From Myxococcales bacterium (lineage in GTDB: Bacteria; Myxococcota_A; Polyangia; Polyangiales; DASUME01), in contig JASGJH010000001.1 of the NCBI GenBank assembly GCA_047601445.1, positions 3,040,001-3,104,000 on the forward strand: a DNA stretch of 64,000 bases, in the 5' to 3' direction. The notes under the pieces are model-generated. The model saw nothing but the letters and a program-made list of their open reading frames with translations, ran no database searches and was not told where the DNA came from. The translations under genes and the position numbers were made by a program. Shown here piece after piece: positions 1 through 9,922 of this stretch. Numbering within the stretch: position 1 is the stretch's first letter; each line of letters starts with the position of its first letter.

Positions 1-493
1 TCTTCTTGTAGTGCTCGCGCGAGGTATCGAGGTTGTGGTTGTAGGCGGTGAGTCCGGCCTCCGCGAGTCGTGCGGCCTGGTCCTCGGTGAGCATGCCCAG
101 TGTGGCGCAGGCTTCCATGCCCAGCTCGCGCACGCCGCGCACCATGGTGAGCACCTGCTCGAAGTCCTTGCCGCGCGGGTTGCGCCAGGCAGCGCCCATG
201 CAGAAGCGGGTGGAACCGTTGTCCTTGGCGATGCGAGCCTTGGCCAGCACGTCGTCGACGCTCATCAGACGCTCGGAGGCCACACCGGTCTCGTGGTGAC
301 CGCTCTGGGGGCAGTAGGCACAGTCCTCGGCGCAACCGCCGGTCTTGACCGAGAGCAGTGTGCACAGCTGGACGGCGCCGGCTTCGTGGTGCTGGCGGTG
401 CACCTCCTGGGCCCGGAAAACGAGCTCAACCAGGGGTAGATCGTGCAGCTCCCGCACTTCTTTTCGGGTCCAGTCGTGACGTACTGAAGGCAT
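1..493 (-). CDS. bioB: Biotin synthase, N-terminal part (runs off the window edge)
   Basis: Not in the ORF track; my translation from ATG at 493 gives [36 protein letters not shown]...[24 protein letters not shown], the BioB N-terminus with the radical-SAM CxxxCxxC motif. Confidence 0.95.
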   Translation of the reverse strand, partial: MPSVRHDWTRKEVRELHDLPLVELVFRAQEVHRQHHEAGAVQLCTLLSVKTGGCAEDCAYCPQSGHHETGVASERLMSVDDVLAKARIAKDNGSTRFCMGAAWRNPRGKDFEQVLTMVRGVRELGMEACATLGMLTEDQAARLAEAGLTAYNHNLDTSREHYKK

Positions 494-715
494 CGCCGCT
501 GATTAGCCAACTCCCCACTTCCGAGCAAGCCGGCAGGAGTACCCCCGAGGCCCGTCCACGTGCCTCGCTGCCGGCACGTTGGAGCCGCGCGCACACGCCG
601 CCTCTGTGGCCTGCCGAGCGATCCGGTCACTTCGCGCTGGTTTCGTGAAACGCCGCACGGTACAACCGACCGACACGGGCTTTTTGCGAGACAAGAGCGG
701 GCGCAGAGAAAAGAG

Positions 716-1792
716 ATGTCACGCGGCGACGCCGACCCATCCCCTCCTGACCCGCTTGCTCCTGGGCTCCCCGACGGCTCCGTCGGCGAGCGCAGTTCCC
801 TCATGGGGTACGGCACGCTCGGGAATGTTCCGCCCTTGGCTTTGCTGGCCGCAGGCGCGGCGGTGGCCAACGCCCTGGTTTACCGGCTCATCCTGCCCCT
901 GCTGGTGAGTCAGAAGCTGGTCTTGCCACCGCTCCTGCTCTGGCTCGCGCCCTTCTCTCTCAACCTCACGGCCGCGGCGGGCTTGGTTTCGCTGAGCGTG
1001 AGCGTCATCGACCTCACCCGAGCGCGCTCCCTGGCCGATACCAGCCGCCGGCTGCTGATCGCCTTCCTCGCCTGCATCGTGCTGTCGACCCTGGTGTTCG
1101 CGACCTTCCTGCCCGAGGGTCGGGTCAATCCCCAGCAGGTGCTGGTGGCGGCCGGCGCTTTACATACGCTCAACATCCAGCTCGCCATCACGGCGTTCCG
1201 TGCGGTGCCGTCCCTGGCCTGCCGCACCACGCTGGGGTTGATCGGGGCGAGCTCGGTGTTTCCGCTGGTGTCTTTGCTGCTGCGCAACCTGCCGAGTACC
1301 CAGGGCATGCCGCTCGATGGCTCGGCCAGCCTGCACGGCTTGGGTGAACTCGCCTACCTCCTGGTTCCCCTGGCGGCCGCCTTCGTCGTCGTTCCATGGG
1401 AAGACACCCAGGCCGAGCGCAGCGCCCGCCGCGCCGGCGCCGTGGCCGTGGCCGTCATGGCCCTCGCCTTCGCCGCCGCTGCCCGCCTCCCGGACGAGCT
1501 CTACGGGCACTTGCTCTACTCCACCCTGCGTCTCGAATGGGCCCTGGAGCGCGCCTCCATCGGCTACGTGGTGCCGGTCAGCCTCGCCGTGGGCGCCGCG
1601 ACCTCCGCCCTGGTGAGCCGCGATCAACGCCACCGCCAGGGCGGCGCCGGCCTTTGGTTGTGGCTCGCGGGAGGCTACAACCCGCTGACCCCCGCGCGCA
1701 TCCTGATGACCGCGCTGGCGGCGATGCTGCTGTGCCGTGCCGCGCTCACGCTCGGCCAGAACCGCAGCTCGAACCCACCGCCCGACCCCTGA
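716..1792 (+). CDS. Hypothetical polytopic membrane protein
   Basis: Part of ORF 560..1792 with about 9-10 hydrophobic segments; start uncertain (ATG 716 or 803); family not recognised. Confidence 0.7.
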   Translation: MSRGDADPSPPDPLAPGLPDGSVGERSSLMGYGTLGNVPPLALLAAGAAVANALVYRLILPLLVSQKLVLPPLLLWLAPFSLNLTAAAGLVSLSVSVIDLTRARSLADTSRRLLIAFLACIVLSTLVFATFLPEGRVNPQQVLVAAGALHTLNIQLAITAFRAVPSLACRTTLGLIGASSVFPLVSLLLRNLPSTQGMPLDGSASLHGLGELAYLLVPLAAAFVVVPWEDTQAERSARRAGAVAVAVMALAFAAAARLPDELYGHLLYSTLRLEWALERASIGYVVPVSLAVGAATSALVSRDQRHRQGGAGLWLWLAGGYNPLTPARILMTALAAMLLCRAALTLGQNRSSNPPPDP

Positions 1793-1876
1793 GGCTCAGC
1801 GCGGGAGGCTCAGCTGCCCACGCTCAGCTCGCGACACTCAGCTGCCCACGCTCGGCTCGCGACACTCAGCTGGCCA
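1793..1876. repeat. Degenerate 14-bp-period tandem array (6 units, core CTCAGC; higher-order 28-bp dimer)
   Basis: CTCAGC/CTCGGC at 1795, 1809, 1823, 1837, 1851, 1865; ctcagctgcccacgctc(a/g)gctcgcgaca at 1809-1836 and 1837-1864. Confidence 0.9.
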
Positions 1877-4529
1877 CCAACGCGTACACGCGTGCCACCG
1901 CGTCCTCGAGCTTGTCCGCGTCGGTGCCACCGGCCTGCGCAAAGTCCGGTCGACCGCCGCCGCTGCCGCCCACCAGGGCCGCGCACTCCTTCACGATGGA
2001 GCCCGCCGGGAAACGCTTGGTGAGCTCCTTCGAGACCGCGCATACGATGCTGACCTTGCCCTTCTGGGCCTTACTGCCGAGCACGATCACAGCCGGCTGG
2101 AGCTTGTCCTTGAGCTGGTCCGCGTACTGACGGATGGCGTCCTGATCCGGCAGATCGACCACCGCCCCCAGCACACGGAACTCCCCCATGTCCTTGGCCT
2201 TGGCCGTGAGATCGCCGCTGCCTCCGGACATCAGCTGCTGCTTCAGCTGGTCGATCTCCCGCTTGAGCTGCTTCTGCTGACCGAGCGCACGGTCGACCGC
2301 TTCGCTCACCTGCAGGGGCGAGGTCCGCAACTTCTCGCCGGCGCTCGTGAGCTCCGCCTCCAGCTTGCGCACGTGGCCCAACGCGTTGAGCCCGGTGCTG
2401 GCTTCGATGCGGCGCACGCCGGCAGCCAGGCCGCCCTCGCTCAAGATCTTGAACAGCCCGATGTCCCCGGTGCGTGAGACGTGGGTGCCGCCGCACAGCT
2501 CGATGGAGTCGGGCGAGATCGTCAGCATGCGCACCTCGGCGCCGTACTTCTCCTCGAAGATACCGATGGCTCCGCGCGCCTTGGCCTCGGCCATCGGCAG
2601 CACGTGGGTGGTGACCGCATGGTTGGCGAGCACGCGCTCGTTCACCATGTCCTCGATGCGCGAGAGCTCCTCGGCGCTGAGCGCACGCGTGCCCGCGTAG
2701 TCGAAGCGCAGGCGATCGGGGCCCACCAGCGAGCCCTTCTGCATGGCCTGCTCCCCCACCACGCTGCGCAGCGCGTAGTGCAGCAAGTGCGTGGCGCTGT
2801 GGTTGCGCCGGGTGGCCGCGCGCAGCGAACCATCGACCTTGAGCTTGAGCTTGGCGTTGGTCTTGAACTGACCACTCTTGACGCGCCCCCGATGCACGAT
2901 GAACCCGTCCACCGGCTTCACGGTGTCGAGCACCTCGAACACGCCGCCGTCGGACTCGATGAGGCCCCGGTCGCCCACCTGTCCGCCCGACTCCCCGTAG
3001 AAAGGCGTGAGGTCGCTGATGAGCTCGCCCTCTTCGCCCGCGCCGAGCGCGTCCACGCGCTGGCCACCACGGAGCAGCACGCGCAGCGTGCCCTCGCCTT
3101 GCTCGACGTCGTAGCCCACGAAGTTCGGCTTCCCGAGCTCCGTCGCGAGCTGGTGGTAGACCTTGCCCACCTGAACCTCGTCGTTGAGCTTGCCGCCCTG
3201 ACTGCGCTCGCGGGCGCTCTCCATGGCGCGCTCGAAGCCCGCCTGGTCGATCACGAAGTCCTGCTCCTGACCGATGACTTCCTGCAGATCGAGCGGGAAC
3301 CCGTAGGTGTCGTAGAGCTTGAAGGCCACCGAGCCCGGCAGCACGCGCTTGCCGTCGGCCGCTTTACCCCACTCCTTGTTCTCCGCGATCAAGTCGAGCC
3401 CGCGATCCAGCGTCTTGCGGAAGCGCTCCTCTTCCTGCTTCGTGATGTCCTCGATCAAGGCGCGGCGTTCGACCAACTCGGGGTAGGCCTTGCCCATGAT
3501 CTCCACGACCTTGAGCGCAGCCTTATGCAAGAAAAGCTCGCGGATGCCCAGCCGGTGCCCATGGCGAATGGCGCGGCGCATCACGCGCCGCAGCACGTAG
3601 GGACGGCCGTCACGGTCGGGGAAGATGCCCTCGGCGATCAAGAACGCCGTGGTGCGCGCGTGGTCGGCGATCACACGCATGGAGACGTCATCGGGCGCGA
3701 GGCTCGCGGTGTACTTCTTGTTGGCCAGCTCGCTGGCGAGGTTCACGATGGGCCGCAGTAGATCGGTGTCGTAGTTCGAGCGCACGCCCTGAATGGCGCA
3801 GGCGAGGCGCTCGAGGCCGGCACCCGTGTCGATGGAAGGCGCGGGCAGCTTCTCGAGCTTGCCGTCGGAAGAGCGGTCGAACTGCATGAACACGTGGTTC
3901 CACAGCTCCACCCACCCCTGGCCGTTTTGATCGGGCTCTTCGCCCATCTTGCTGGGGTCGGGCTTGTCGTCGCCGAACCAGAAGAAGATCTCGCTGCACG
4001 GGCCGCAGGGACCGGTGTCTCCCATCGACCAGAAGTTGTCCTTGGCGCCGAAGGGTACTACGCGCTCGTCGGCGAAACCGGTGAGCTTCTTCCAGATGTC
4101 GCGCGCCTCTTCGTCGGCCGGCAACGCGCCCTCGCCACCGAAGTACGTGACCAGCAGACGCTCCTTCGGGATCTGCAGCACCTCGGTGATGAACTCCCAA
4201 CCGAAGCGAATGGACTCGGCCTTGAAGTAGTCGCCGAACGAGAAGTTACCGAGCATCTCGAAGAAGGTGTGGTGACGCGCCGTGACACCCACGTTCTCGA
4301 GGTCGTTGTGCTTGCCGCTGATGCGGATGCACTTCTGCGCGGTGGTAGCGCGCTTGTAGCCGCGCGCCTCGCGCCCCGTGAACACATCCTTGAACTGAAC
4401 CATGCCGGCGTTGGCGAACATCAGGGTCGGGTCGTTGGCCGGAACGAGCGGCCCGGAGGCGACGACTTCGTGTCCCTGTCGCTGGAAGTAATCGAGAAAC
4501 GCTTGCCGGATGTCCTGAGAACTCTTCAT
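1866..4529 (-). CDS. alaS: Alanine--tRNA ligase
   Basis: DPTLMFANAGMVQFK, HHTFFEMLGNFSFGDYFK, editing motifs NHSATHLLH and ELCGGTHV, C-terminal GGGRPDFAQAGG; start set at MKSSQDIRQ (4529). Confidence 0.98.
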   Translation of the reverse strand: MKSSQDIRQAFLDYFQRQGHEVVASGPLVPANDPTLMFANAGMVQFKDVFTGREARGYKRATTAQKCIRISGKHNDLENVGVTARHHTFFEMLGNFSFGDYFKAESIRFGWEFITEVLQIPKERLLVTYFGGEGALPADEEARDIWKKLTGFADERVVPFGAKDNFWSMGDTGPCGPCSEIFFWFGDDKPDPSKMGEEPDQNGQGWVELWNHVFMQFDRSSDGKLEKLPAPSIDTGAGLERLACAIQGVRSNYDTDLLRPIVNLASELANKKYTASLAPDDVSMRVIADHARTTAFLIAEGIFPDRDGRPYVLRRVMRRAIRHGHRLGIRELFLHKAALKVVEIMGKAYPELVERRALIEDITKQEEERFRKTLDRGLDLIAENKEWGKAADGKRVLPGSVAFKLYDTYGFPLDLQEVIGQEQDFVIDQAGFERAMESARERSQGGKLNDEVQVGKVYHQLATELGKPNFVGYDVEQGEGTLRVLLRGGQRVDALGAGEEGELISDLTPFYGESGGQVGDRGLIESDGGVFEVLDTVKPVDGFIVHRGRVKSGQFKTNAKLKLKVDGSLRAATRRNHSATHLLHYALRSVVGEQAMQKGSLVGPDRLRFDYAGTRALSAEELSRIEDMVNERVLANHAVTTHVLPMAEAKARGAIGIFEEKYGAEVRMLTISPDSIELCGGTHVSRTGDIGLFKILSEGGLAAGVRRIEASTGLNALGHVRKLEAELTSAGEKLRTSPLQVSEAVDRALGQQKQLKREIDQLKQQLMSGGSGDLTAKAKDMGEFRVLGAVVDLPDQDAIRQYADQLKDKLQPAVIVLGSKAQKGKVSIVCAVSKELTKRFPAGSIVKECAALVGGSGGGRPDFAQAGGTDADKLEDAVARVYALVAS

Positions 4530-4786
4530 GGGTCCGGATTGAGTACCGCTCGAGACCCGGTTCGTCCACGCCGCTTCCACGCCCGGGCGCAGGTCCCGAA
4601 GCCGCACAATTTCCATCGCATAGCCCGCGGGAGCCGAGTGACGGCTGCACGCAACCAGTTGCCAAGCTCGGCCGATATACGCTACAAGAGGCGACACTGA
4701 TCGCAATGACAGTGCTTAGTGTTCAGTGTCCCGCCTAGTCCCCGCAGACGTTCCAACCTAAGCATCCGAAATCACGGACAAACACC

Positions 4787-6490
4787 ATGCTCACCTGCCT
4801 GCGCATCCGAGACCTCGCCATCATCGAACAGCTGGAAATCGAACTCGGACCGGGCCTGAACGTGCTCACCGGCGAGACGGGGGCTGGCAAGTCCATTCTG
4901 GTCGACGCCCTGGAGCTGGTGCTCGGTGGCAAGGGCAAAGCAGAGCTCGTGCGATCCGGTGCCGCCCAGGCCGAGGTCGAGGCCCTGTTCGATCTGGGCG
5001 ACGATCCCGAACTGCGAGAGAAGCTGCGGGCCCTCGAGGTCGAGTGTGAGGGGGAGCTCTTGATTCGGCGCGTGCTCCTGCCCAATGGTCGCACCCGGGC
5101 CTTCGTCAACGGTCGCATGGCCACGGCGCAGCAGCTGAGTGAGCTCTCACGGGGGTTGGCGGACATCTCGTCTCAGCACGAGCATCACACCCTCACCAAC
5201 GCGGCCACCCACCTGGGATATCTCGATGCGTTCGCCAGCCTTGCCTCCCGGCGCGAGCAGGTGGCGAGCGCTTACAGCGCACTGCGCGAGGCCCACGTGG
5301 CGCTCCAGGCCTTCGATCAGCGCGTGCAGGACCGCGCGCAGCGTGAGGACCTTCTGCGCTATCAGGTGCGTGAAATCGAGGAGGTCTCTCCCCGCGTCGG
5401 CGAAGAGGGCGAGCTGTCCGAACAGCGCGATCGCTTGAAGCACGCCGGCACGTTGATGCGCCTCTCCGCGGACGCAGCGGAGGCGCTCTACGAACGCGAT
5501 GGCTCGGTCAGCGAGGTGCTGGCCCAGGCGAGCTCGCACGTGTTGGAAGCGGCCACGCTCGACGCGTCGCTGCGAGAGCTGGCCCAGCAGCTGGAAAGCG
5601 TGCGTGCGCAGCTCGAAGACGCCGCGCGGGAACTGAGCCGCTACACGCGCAGCGTGCAGGCCGACCCGGACGCGCTGACGGATCTCGAAGAGCGTCTGCA
5701 CGCGCTGCAGAAGCTCAAGCGGAAATACGGCGGCACCCTGGAGAACGTGCTCGCGCACCTGGCCCAGAGTCAGGCGGAGCTCGCAGCCCTCGAAGATCAC
5801 GAAGGCACCAGCGAACGCTTGCGCAGCGAGTACCAGACCAAGCTCGGCGAAGCCCGCGGCGTGGCGCGCGAGCTCAGCAAGCAGCGCAGGCTGGCCGCCG
5901 GCAAGCTGGCCAGCGCCATCAGTGAAGAGCTGACCTCCCTCGGCATGGGGGGAGCGCGCATTCTCGTCGACGTCTCTCCGCTCGAAGGCAAGCTCGGTGA
6001 ACTCGAGGTCGATGGTGCACGGCTCTCGGCCCACGGCATCGATCGCGCCGAATTCCTCATCGCCCCCAATCGCGGCGAGCAGGCGCGGCCGCTCAGCAAA
6101 GTGGCGAGCGGCGGCGAGCTGAGTCGCGCCATGCTGGCGATCAAGCGCGTGCTGGCGGGCCTCGGCCCAGCGGGGATGTACGTATTCGACGAAGTCGACA
6201 GCGGCGTCGGCGGTGCGGTGGCCGAGGTTATCGGGCGGAAAATCGAAGAGGTCTCGGAGCACCGCCAGGTGCTCTGCATCACCCACCTGCCGCAGATCGC
6301 CGTGTTCGCCAAGAGTCACTTCAAGGTCGAGAAAGCCAGTCAGGGAGAGCGCACGGTCAGCACCGTGAAGAAGCTCAGCAAGCGCGAGCAAGAAGAGGAA
6401 ATCGCGCGCATGCTGGGCGGCCTGAAAATCACCGCAAAAACCAGGGCCGCCGCGGCGGAGATGCTGCGCGAGGCACGTGCTGTGGCCTAG
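4787..6490 (+). CDS. recN: DNA repair protein RecN
   Basis: Walker A LTGETGAGKSIL, coiled-coil middle, ASGGELSR signature, FDEVDSGVGG, QVLCITHLPQIA. Confidence 0.97.
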   Translation: MLTCLRIRDLAIIEQLEIELGPGLNVLTGETGAGKSILVDALELVLGGKGKAELVRSGAAQAEVEALFDLGDDPELREKLRALEVECEGELLIRRVLLPNGRTRAFVNGRMATAQQLSELSRGLADISSQHEHHTLTNAATHLGYLDAFASLASRREQVASAYSALREAHVALQAFDQRVQDRAQREDLLRYQVREIEEVSPRVGEEGELSEQRDRLKHAGTLMRLSADAAEALYERDGSVSEVLAQASSHVLEAATLDASLRELAQQLESVRAQLEDAARELSRYTRSVQADPDALTDLEERLHALQKLKRKYGGTLENVLAHLAQSQAELAALEDHEGTSERLRSEYQTKLGEARGVARELSKQRRLAAGKLASAISEELTSLGMGGARILVDVSPLEGKLGELEVDGARLSAHGIDRAEFLIAPNRGEQARPLSKVASGGELSRAMLAIKRVLAGLGPAGMYVFDEVDSGVGGAVAEVIGRKIEEVSEHRQVLCITHLPQIAVFAKSHFKVEKASQGERTVSTVKKLSKREQEEEIARMLGGLKITAKTRAAAAEMLREARAVA

Positions 6491-6672
6491 CGAGACCGCG
6501 GTAGACAGGGCGTGCGGAGCGTCACAACAGGTTTCGAATATACGTCTGCAAATCCACGACAAATCGCTCAAGTCGCCTGCCGGCTACATTCTTTTCAAAC
6601 CGGCCCGCAGCAGGAAACTGCGAAGAAACAAGCAGCGGATATGCACTGGTTGCAACTAACCAAGGAGCAACC

Positions 6673-8157
6673 ATGAGAGTGATGAGATCGCTGCGGGCCC
6701 ATGCGCTGGCCGCGCTAGCGCCGGCGGTAAGCGGACTTTTCGCACTGACTGCACATGCCGAAGATGCCGCCCCAGATCTCGCCGCGCGCGTTGCCGACCT
6801 CGAGGCGTACATGAACAACACCAAGCCTGCCGCGCTGACGGTGGCAGGTCCTGGTCACAACGCCTGGTTGATGACCAGCGCGGCCCTCGTGCTGTTCATG
6901 ACGCTGCCGGGCTTGGCCCTCTTCTACGGCGGCCTCGTGCGTCGCAAGAACATCCTGTCCGTGGTTGCCCAGTGCGGTGCGATGCTCGGCTTGGTCCCGC
7001 TGCTGTGGTGGGCCTTCGGTTACAGCATGGCGTTCGCGCCCGGCAATCCCTTCGTGGGCGGCTTCGACTTGGCCATGCTCAAGGGCGTGGGCGGCGGCAC
7101 GGGGATGCTGTTCTGGATCTCGGACATCGTCTTCTGCATGTTCCAGATGATGTTCGCCATCATCACGCCGGCACTCATCGTCGGCGCCATCGCCGAGCGC
7201 ATGAAGTTCTCGTCGATCGTGGTGTTCTTGCTGCTGTGGATGGTGGCTGTGTACTTCCCCATGGCGCACATGGTGTGGGGTCCCGGCGGCTTCATGAACG
7301 GCATCGGCAACGCCGAGGCGGGCATCAAGGCCATCGACTTCGCGGGCGGCACCGTGGTGCACATGACCTCGGGTTGGTCGGCGCTCATCCTCTGCCTGAT
7401 GCTCGGGCCGCGCGCGGGCTTCGGCAAGCGCCCCATGGCTCCGCATAGCCTCTCCTTCACCGCCATCGGCACCGGCATGCTCTGGGTCGGCTGGTACGGC
7501 TTCAACGCGGGTAGCGCCGGCGCTGCCGATGCGATCGCCGCCAACGCCTTCGCCACCACCACGCTCGCCGCCGCTGTCGCGGGCGCCACCTGGCCCGCCA
7601 TCGAGTATCTCACCCATGGCAAGCCCACCGTGCTCGGCTTCTGCTCGGGCGTCGTCGCGGGCCTCGTCGTCATCACGCCCGCTGCGGGCTTCGTCACGCC
7701 CTCCGCCTCCGTGGCCATGGGCGCCATCGCGGGCGTGGTCTGCTTCCTCGCCTGCACCAAGCTCAAGGCCGCCCTCAAGTACGACGACGCGCTCGACACC
7801 TTCGGCGTCCACGGCGTCGGCGGCACCCTCGGCGCAGTGCTAACGGGCGTGTTCGCGACCCCCGAGGTCAACTCGGCCATCGAGCCCCTGATGAACGGTC
7901 TGCTCACCGAGCAGCTCAAGTCCATCGGCTTCACGCTGGTCATCTCCGTGGTGTCCACGGTGGTGCTTGGCTACATCGTCAAGGCCGTGTTCGGACTGCG
8001 TCCGGCCGCCGACGACGAGGAGACCGGTCTCGACTACACCGACCACGGCGAGAGCGGCTACCACGACGAGACCGGCGGTGGTCACCTCGAGCTGCCGGTC
8101 GCTGCCATGTCCGAGATGGCGCCTGCTGCGACCACCTCGCCGGCAACCAGCACCTGA
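6673..8157 (+). CDS. amtB: Ammonium transporter (Amt family) with signal peptide
   Basis: LVLFMTLPGLALFYGGLVR, DFAGGTVVH, WVGWYGFNAGS, DDALDTFGVHG (twin His intact); AAGGAG RBS upstream. Confidence 0.97.
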   Translation: MRVMRSLRAHALAALAPAVSGLFALTAHAEDAAPDLAARVADLEAYMNNTKPAALTVAGPGHNAWLMTSAALVLFMTLPGLALFYGGLVRRKNILSVVAQCGAMLGLVPLLWWAFGYSMAFAPGNPFVGGFDLAMLKGVGGGTGMLFWISDIVFCMFQMMFAIITPALIVGAIAERMKFSSIVVFLLLWMVAVYFPMAHMVWGPGGFMNGIGNAEAGIKAIDFAGGTVVHMTSGWSALILCLMLGPRAGFGKRPMAPHSLSFTAIGTGMLWVGWYGFNAGSAGAADAIAANAFATTTLAAAVAGATWPAIEYLTHGKPTVLGFCSGVVAGLVVITPAAGFVTPSASVAMGAIAGVVCFLACTKLKAALKYDDALDTFGVHGVGGTLGAVLTGVFATPEVNSAIEPLMNGLLTEQLKSIGFTLVISVVSTVVLGYIVKAVFGLRPAADDEETGLDYTDHGESGYHDETGGGHLELPVAAMSEMAPAATTSPATST

Positions 8158-8202
8158 CATCCTCGAGGGCCGCGCTCCAGGGCTGGCTCGAGAACACAAA
8201 AC

Positions 8203-8237
8203 GGCGCGCTGGCATCTCGCCCAGCGCGCCCTTTTTT
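8203..8237 (+). terminator. Intrinsic terminator after amtB (possibly bidirectional with csbD-like gene)
   Basis: Perfect 10-bp stem ggcgcgctgg (8203-8212)/ccagcgcgcc (8221-8230) followed by T6; A-run on the other side. Confidence 0.85.
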
Positions 8238-8261
8238 ATGGGAGAACCCGAGGCGTCGCGC

Positions 8262-8456
8262 TCAAGGCAGCTTGATCTTGTCGAGACGCTTCTTGAGCAG
8301 TTCCTTGGTATCGCCGAACGTCTGCTGCACGAGCCCGTACAGCTTGTCGACCGAACCATCGGCCTTGATGTTCTCGTTGTTGGTGATCTCGCCCCAGATG
8401 ACCTTGGCCCGGCCCTTGAGCTGTCCCAGCACGCCCTTCACTTGATCCTGGTTCAT
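8262..8456 (-). CDS. CsbD/YjbJ-family general stress protein
   Basis: 64 aa MNQDQVKG...QLKGRAK..WGEIT...G...KLYGLVQQTFG pattern; AGGAG RBS upstream. Confidence 0.85.
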   Translation of the reverse strand: MNQDQVKGVLGQLKGRAKVIWGEITNNENIKADGSVDKLYGLVQQTFGDTKELLKKRLDKIKLP

Positions 8457-8639
8457 CGGTGTTCTCCTGGACTCGGCTGTCCGCTCCCGGACTCGCTGAC
8501 AACGTCATACAACGTCATCTCGACCAGAACAAGGACTTTGCCGGGAAATTCCGGCAGAATTCCGGCGTACCCCTGCCGCCTGCGCCCATGTCGAGCGCGG
8601 CCGGCCTCGCGCCCGCCCGTGCCGGAGCCAGGAGTCGTC

Positions 8640-9803
8640 GTGACCGAACGAGAAAGCAAGCCCTACGCCTATGGCGAGCGAGCCATCGAAGACATGTCGT
8701 CGCGCGCCTTTCACACTGGGCGCGGGCGCATCAGCGGCGTGTTGTCGCTCACCTTCGGCCTGCTGAGCCTCTTCGCCGTGCTGTGCTTTCGCTATCCGCG
8801 CTGGCTCACCACCGGCGAGCTGCGCGAGGTCTACGATGTCGACCTGCTGCGCAAGCTGCTCAGCGCGGCGATGACGATCTCGGTGGTGTCGGGGCTGGTG
8901 CCCTTCCTGCGCAATCAACATCGCCGCCTAGGCGCACTCGGTATCCTCGCCACCGCAGCCGCCTACGGACTCGGCGGTGCGAGCGTGCCCACCGGCTCGG
9001 TGAAGCCGAACCCCTACGCTGTGGGCCTCGACTGGTTCGTGCTCGATCTGTTGTTCTCGGCCGCGCTCTTCATCTTCATCGAGAAGGTGTTCCCGCGTTA
9101 CGTGGAACAGGCGATCCTGCGACCCGAGTGGCAGCTCGACCTGGTGTATTTCGCCGTGAATCACCTGGCCATCGGCCTCTTGCTGCTGGTGGGCAATCAC
9201 TTTGCGCCCTTGCTCTTCGATTGGGCGGTGAACGCGCAGCTGCAGAATTTCGTGCGAAGCATGCCGCTCGCGCTGCAGGTGCTCGCGCTCTTACTTTTCG
9301 CCGATCTCGTGCAGTACTGGGTGCACCGCGCCTACCACGAGGTGCCCTGGCTGTGGAAGATCCACGCCGTGCACCACTCGTCGGAGCACATGGATTGGCT
9401 GGCCGGTTCGCGCACTCATATCGTCGAGGTCTTACTCGATCGCTCGCTCGTCATGGTGCCGCTCTACCTTCTTGGGCCAGACAAGGCGGCGCTCGACATC
9501 TACGTGGTAATCGCGTCGCTACAGGCCGTCTTCGTCCACGCCAACGTAGGACTGCAACTCGGCGGGCTGAAGTACCTGCTCGTGACGCCTCAGTTCCATC
9601 ACTGGCACCACAGCAGCGACAAGCCTGCCATCGACACCAACTATGCAGTGCATCTGCCCTTGCTCGACGTGATCTTCGGGACTTATCACATGCCCGAAGC
9701 CCACTGGCCGATCCAGTACGGCACCCTCACCCGGCTACCTCGCACGCTGGGGGCCCAGCTCCGGTACCCCTTCGCAGGGGATCGTCCCGCCGCGGAGGAT
9801 TGA
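8640..9803 (+). CDS. Sterol desaturase / fatty acid hydroxylase family membrane di-iron enzyme
   Basis: His boxes HRAYH, HAVHHS, HAN, FHHWHH; multiple TM segments; GTG 8640 preceded by CAGGAG. Confidence 0.9.
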   Translation: MTERESKPYAYGERAIEDMSSRAFHTGRGRISGVLSLTFGLLSLFAVLCFRYPRWLTTGELREVYDVDLLRKLLSAAMTISVVSGLVPFLRNQHRRLGALGILATAAAYGLGGASVPTGSVKPNPYAVGLDWFVLDLLFSAALFIFIEKVFPRYVEQAILRPEWQLDLVYFAVNHLAIGLLLLVGNHFAPLLFDWAVNAQLQNFVRSMPLALQVLALLLFADLVQYWVHRAYHEVPWLWKIHAVHHSSEHMDWLAGSRTHIVEVLLDRSLVMVPLYLLGPDKAALDIYVVIASLQAVFVHANVGLQLGGLKYLLVTPQFHHWHHSSDKPAIDTNYAVHLPLLDVIFGTYHMPEAHWPIQYGTLTRLPRTLGAQLRYPFAGDRPAAED

Positions 9804-9922
9804 GGGGTGGCACACAGCTGTGAGCTGGCGCACCATTTGTTTCACTCCAGTAAACTTTCAGTGCAATTGCTCCCACAGAGGGACTAGCCAACGCCAGCCA
9901 ATGCAGGCTAACGCTAGTAGCC

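Noticed and set aside
640..651. parS-like palindrome GTTTCGTGAAAC
   Set aside because: Two central bases short of the 16-bp parS consensus (TGTTTCACGTGAAACA); single copy
1793..1876. CRISPR array
   Set aside because: Period is only 14 bp with no unique spacers, and there are no cas genes; kept as a tandem repeat
6630..6660. sigma54 promoter or NtrC site upstream of amtB (atgcactggttgca)
   Set aside because: No GG at the required 10-bp spacing from the GC of TTGC, and the spacing does not fit an NtrC box
8640..9803. Calling this desaturase a sterol C5-desaturase or C4-methyl oxidase acting with the DHCR24 homologue
   Set aside because: His boxes are shared across the whole family, which is common in non-sterol bacteria; it is about 40 kb away and substrate cannot be read from motifs
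9808..9841. sigma54 promoter upstream of the hybrid kinase (TGGCAC / TGGCGC-N5-TTGT)
   Set aside because: The conserved -12 GC is missing in both candidates
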